A program made the translations under genes and the position numbers. This document shows positions 35,428-38,714 of a stretch of DNA of 38,714 bases, one piece after another; positions within the stretch are counted from its first letter, which is position 1; each line of letters begins with the position of its first letter. Below the pieces are notes generated by a model. That model saw only the letters and a program-made list of their open reading frames with translations, had not been told where the DNA came from and did not search any database. Origin of the DNA: Candidatus Poseidoniaceae archaeon (lineage in GTDB: Archaea > Thermoplasmatota > Poseidoniia > Poseidoniales > Poseidoniaceae). The stretch is from positions 1 through 38,714 of the forward strand of contig CATISI010000210.1 in NCBI GenBank assembly GCA_949538025.1, written 5' to 3'.

Positions 35428-35879
35428 TGGTTGAAACAATGCTCCTAGTCGCCTTCTTTACTGCATCCATGTGGGTTGGCCCATTCTGGATGCTGATGCT
35501 CCTACAGCCACATGCTGAGCGAACAAAGAAGTGGATGAATGGACCATGGTTTGTTCTTGGACCGTTGGTCGCATATCTCATTGTTCTTGCTATGAATCTC
35601 GGTGCACTGAGTGATATGATCGGAGATGGTACACTGAGCGGTCTTATTTCCGGACTTGCTGATGTCCTTGGAACAGACGACGGTGCTGTCCTTGCATGGA
35701 CACACTTCGTGATTGGTGACATCATTGTAACTCGATGGATTTGGAAGCGTAGTGTTGAGACAGAAATCAACAAAACGGCTGCACAAGTCGCAATCCTGTT
35801 TGGCGTGATGCTCATGCCAGTTGGACTCGCAATCCATTTTATCACGATGCAGACGTACAAGCGCAACAACACGCATTGA
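35427..35879 (+). CDS. ABA4-like (DUF4281) membrane protein
   Basis: PFW.LM...P....T, W.HF...D....RWI and L....PVGL motifs across four TM helices; ATG overlaps the upstream TGA. Confidence 0.8.
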   Translation: MVETMLLVAFFTASMWVGPFWMLMLLQPHAERTKKWMNGPWFVLGPLVAYLIVLAMNLGALSDMIGDGTLSGLISGLADVLGTDDGAVLAWTHFVIGDIIVTRWIWKRSVETEINKTAAQVAILFGVMLMPVGLAIHFITMQTYKRNNTH

Positions 35880-35904
35880 TAACTGAAAGAATTGGGGTTA
35901 AAAC

Positions 35905-36897
35905 ATGAACAAGACGGACTTGATTGAAAACGCATTCCTTGAATGTGAAGAAATCTGCCGCCGTGCCTCCTCCACCTTCTATGCAAGTTTCTCCGCATTA
36001 CCGTACCAAAAGCGACGTGCTGTCCACGCAGTCTATGCATTATGCCGCTACCTTGACGATATAGCTGACGGTGATTCTCGACCGGTCGTTCAAGAATCCG
36101 AAGCCCTCAACAAACTTGTCAATGAGCGTGATGAACTTCTCCAGAGCATTCATCAAACAGCAATGAACAACGCTCCTGAGGAGCACCGATACCGATTGAT
36201 GGCACTTGTTGATGCGAAGGAACGACTCAATCGATTGTTTGCTGGAGATGAATCTGCAACTCAAAACGAAGCAATTTTCATTGCCATCAATGAGGTTTTC
36301 AAGCAGTTCCCAGTTCGCCTCACAGATTTTGAAACAATCATCGAAGGAATGGAAGATGATTTGTTCGAAGTACGTCACAAAACCTGGGACGAAGTTCGCG
36401 CGTACTGCTACAAGGTCGCTTCAGCAGTTGGGCTCGTCTTGATTGAAATCTATGGATGCGAAGATGCTGGAGCACGGATCCATGCCATCGACATGGGAAT
36501 TCAATTACAATTGATCAACATCCTTCGTGACGTCTCAGAAGATTATCGCAGTGGCAGAATTTATCTTCCAATCAATGCATTGAGCGAATACAACATCGAG
36601 ATTTCCGAGCTCGGTAACACTGAATTTGGGACCAACCACCGCTGGAAGTCATTCGTTCAAGAATACATTGAAATCGTTCAACGACACCAAGAATCGGCTC
36701 AACATCTGTTTGAGTATCTTGATTCAAAGTCTCGATTGCAGCCACAACTCATGTGCGAAGCATACGATGCGATCTTCTACGAAATTGTTCGACGTTCAGG
36801 GGACGTGTTTAGCAAGCGCCCTTCCTTATCCAAGTGGAGAAAGATTCGTCTTGCTGCAAAACTTTCGCTTCGCCGGCTTCGTGCTCGATGGTCCTAA
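35905..36897 (+). CDS. crtB: Phytoene/squalene synthase family (CrtB/CrtM/HpnD-like)
   Basis: SSTFY, AVYALCR.LDDIAD, YCY.VAS.VG, QLINILRDVSED..GRIYLP motifs. Confidence 0.92.
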   Translation: MNKTDLIENAFLECEEICRRASSTFYASFSALPYQKRRAVHAVYALCRYLDDIADGDSRPVVQESEALNKLVNERDELLQSIHQTAMNNAPEEHRYRLMALVDAKERLNRLFAGDESATQNEAIFIAINEVFKQFPVRLTDFETIIEGMEDDLFEVRHKTWDEVRAYCYKVASAVGLVLIEIYGCEDAGARIHAIDMGIQLQLINILRDVSEDYRSGRIYLPINALSEYNIEISELGNTEFGTNHRWKSFVQEYIEIVQRHQESAQHLFEYLDSKSRLQPQLMCEAYDAIFYEIVRRSGDVFSKRPSLSKWRKIRLAAKLSLRRLRARWS

Positions 36898-36950
36898 TCG
36901 TTTGACCGTTGAGGCAATGCATTGAAACCCTAATGGCCGGTGGTTGTATC

Positions 36951-37724
36951 ATGGACGAGGTCTTACCAGTCTCCGTCACAGTTCTCCTTCCTACCCGGAA
37001 TGAAGAGGAAGCACTCGGTGCAACCGTCGATGCCATCCCTCGCGATTGGTGCGAATCACTGGAAATCATGATCGTTGACGGTTCCTCATCGGATCGAACC
37101 AGAGAAATCGCTCTTGAGAAGGATGTCCGCGTTCATCTCGAACCACGAAAAGGCTACGGTCGAGCCTATCGCACTGGATTCGTTGTTGCTTCAAACGACA
37201 TCGTTGTCACCATGGATGCGGATTGTACATATCCAGCTGAGTTGATTCCTGAATTGGTCAAGCGACTTGTGGATGATAACCTCGATTTCATCACGTGTGA
37301 TCGCCTCAGCATGGCTGAAGATGGATCGATGTCTGGTCTTCACGGATTTGGAAACTGGGTTCTCTCATTCACCGCACGACTTCTCTTCGGTTATGGAATC
37401 AAAGATTCTCAATCGGGCATGTGGGTGTTCAGAAAATCGATTTTTGAGAATCAAAAGATGCGTCCAACCAATGACGGAATGCCTCTATCTGAAGAAATCA
37501 AAATCCTTGCACGCAAGCATCTTGATCGGAAAAAGGCGATCGAAATCTCCGTCCCATACCGTGAGCGTGTTGGAGAAGCTGAAATTCATACATGGGGCGA
37601 TGGTTGGAAGAACCTTCGATTTCTCTACGCGAAGCGATTTGGCCTGCACAGGACAAGAACAGAATGGGGTCCACTTGAAGACAATCCAGACAGTTTGAAT
37701 GGTACGTTACCCGAACAGCAATGA
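36951..37724 (+). CDS. Glycosyltransferase family 2 (DPM1-like, no TM helices)
   Basis: LPTRNEE, IVDG.S.D.T, GYG.A...G, MDAD.TYP, DSQSGMW and YRERVGE motifs. Confidence 0.9.
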   Translation: MDEVLPVSVTVLLPTRNEEEALGATVDAIPRDWCESLEIMIVDGSSSDRTREIALEKDVRVHLEPRKGYGRAYRTGFVVASNDIVVTMDADCTYPAELIPELVKRLVDDNLDFITCDRLSMAEDGSMSGLHGFGNWVLSFTARLLFGYGIKDSQSGMWVFRKSIFENQKMRPTNDGMPLSEEIKILARKHLDRKKAIEISVPYRERVGEAEIHTWGDGWKNLRFLYAKRFGLHRTRTEWGPLEDNPDSLNGTLPEQQ

Positions 37725-37729
37725 TCGGC

Positions 37730-38662
37730 CTATCTTTTCAAACTTCCAAGGCGAGAATCAATTGCAACACGCTGTTGAATCAGTAAAGCAAGGGGTACAA
37801 GTACCCACAATGCAAGCCAGAAATACACCATCTCAGAAATGTAAGAAGGCGTTTCTGTACGCATATCTCCAGTTATGACAATGTATGAACCAGCATCAGG
37901 GCTTGTAGGCTCAGGAATGGTTGCTTCAACGGCTGAGCGATTCGCAGGACGGACCATTCCGATATCGTAGCCGGTCACTTCAAAATCCAGCGTAAATCCA
38001 TCCAAGCCTAGGTTAGACGTTGAAGAAAATTCAGCATGAGCAAGAAATGCTACATTGTCTCGACTATCAGTAAAATCTTGAGGGTTATCAGCAACGGTAG
38101 CAAACCATGATGCAGGCAGGATAAAGAGAATCAGAACCAGAACACTGAGGACGCTTGTAAGCGAAGCAAAGGAGACAAAACGTCGAACGATAGTTCGTTT
38201 AATCCCACTTACCTGTTTGGTTAAGTCAATGCAGATCAAAACGAAAAGAATCGCAGCAAGGCCAATACTTACGTGAATAACTGTGAATGTCATCGATTTC
38301 ACAGTATCTGGAGAAGGTGAAGAAAAGGCCTCATCGAGATTATCATCATACTCTTCGATTTCTTGCTCCGACAAAGCGGCTCGATCATCTCGCTCATCCT
38401 GCCAGTGACTCAGACGAAGAGGTCCAAACAATTCGATGCTGATGTCATCCTGGTCGTTCTGCATATCGATCGTGATGTTCGCTGAAACCCCCTCAAGCGA
38501 AAGAGGTCCTTCTTCAACGGTTGTTGAAAGGGTTCCAATAAACCAAGAATCCTCTTCAAGAGCAGACTTCAGTGAGAGCAAAATCACAATCTGAAGGATA
38601 AGCGTCAGGCTGGCGATAACTCGCCAGCGGGCAATGGGTTCGTGACCCGTTGCTTCACTCAT
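37730..38662 (-). CDS. Hypothetical multi-pass membrane protein
   Basis: 310-aa ORF with four hydrophobic segments and acidic extracellular loops; ATGA overlap with the upstream gene's stop. Confidence 0.72.
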   Translation of the reverse strand: MSEATGHEPIARWRVIASLTLILQIVILLSLKSALEEDSWFIGTLSTTVEEGPLSLEGVSANITIDMQNDQDDISIELFGPLRLSHWQDERDDRAALSEQEIEEYDDNLDEAFSSPSPDTVKSMTFTVIHVSIGLAAILFVLICIDLTKQVSGIKRTIVRRFVSFASLTSVLSVLVLILFILPASWFATVADNPQDFTDSRDNVAFLAHAEFSSTSNLGLDGFTLDFEVTGYDIGMVRPANRSAVEATIPEPTSPDAGSYIVITGDMRTETPSYISEMVYFWLALWVLVPLALLIQQRVAIDSRLGSLKR

Positions 38663-38714
38663 TCTTCGTCCTTCGAACGGATTGATACAAACATTCCTGC
38701 AAGTGCAATCATAG
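38659..38714 (-). CDS. 3' end of a truncated upstream gene (C-terminal TM anchor)
   Basis: Minus strand reads ...MIALAGMFVSIRSKDEE*, with TGA overlapping the ATG at 38662. Confidence 0.55.
   Translation of the reverse strand, partial: MIALAGMFVSIRSKDEE

Noticed and set aside
35345-36040. 231-aa minus-strand ORF across the ABA4-like gene and crtB
   Set aside because: Antisense to three well-supported genes; no motifs
33247-36897. Retinal/proteorhodopsin biosynthesis operon
   Set aside because: No rhodopsin, lycopene cyclase, blh or crtE in the window; they may lie elsewhere, so this cannot be claimed

Overview
Gene-dense (~30 CDS plus one tRNA) chromosomal segment, most likely from a Marine Group II euryarchaeon (Poseidoniales, Thermoplasmatota). 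This is inferred from an archaeal-type Rqc2/NFACT gene, tRNA-Phe with G37, a TrmB regulator, TATA boxes about 30 nt before start codons, GGAGG/GGTGA Shine-Dalgarno sites and giant thrombospondin-type-3 membrane proteins. Left part (1-11.7 kb): housekeeping genes, several of bacterial type (thiolase, RNase PH, MogA, dihydroorotase), an M32 carboxypeptidase, and an M29-family aminopeptidase homolog that has lost metal ligands. Middle part (11.7-25 kb): Ca2+-binding cell-surface module with a 2116-aa FG-GAP/TSP3 adhesin-like protein, an EF-hand/zinc-ribbon protein, a second TSP3-like protein, a partner membrane protein and a DUF4105 protein. Right part (25-37.7 kb): a divergently arranged putative light/oxidative-stress and carotenoid locus. 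Its left arm is NUDIX, class II photolyase and SRPBCC-TIGR01777. Its right arm is ribA, a degenerate peroxiredoxin, a TrmB-V4R-like regulator, DUF1295, an ABC1 kinase, crtI, a thioredoxin lipoprotein, an ABA4-like protein, crtB and a GT2. This locus is the best candidate for an undescribed system. No CRISPR array, rRNA or mobile element was seen. All family calls come from motif recognition by eye, not database searches.
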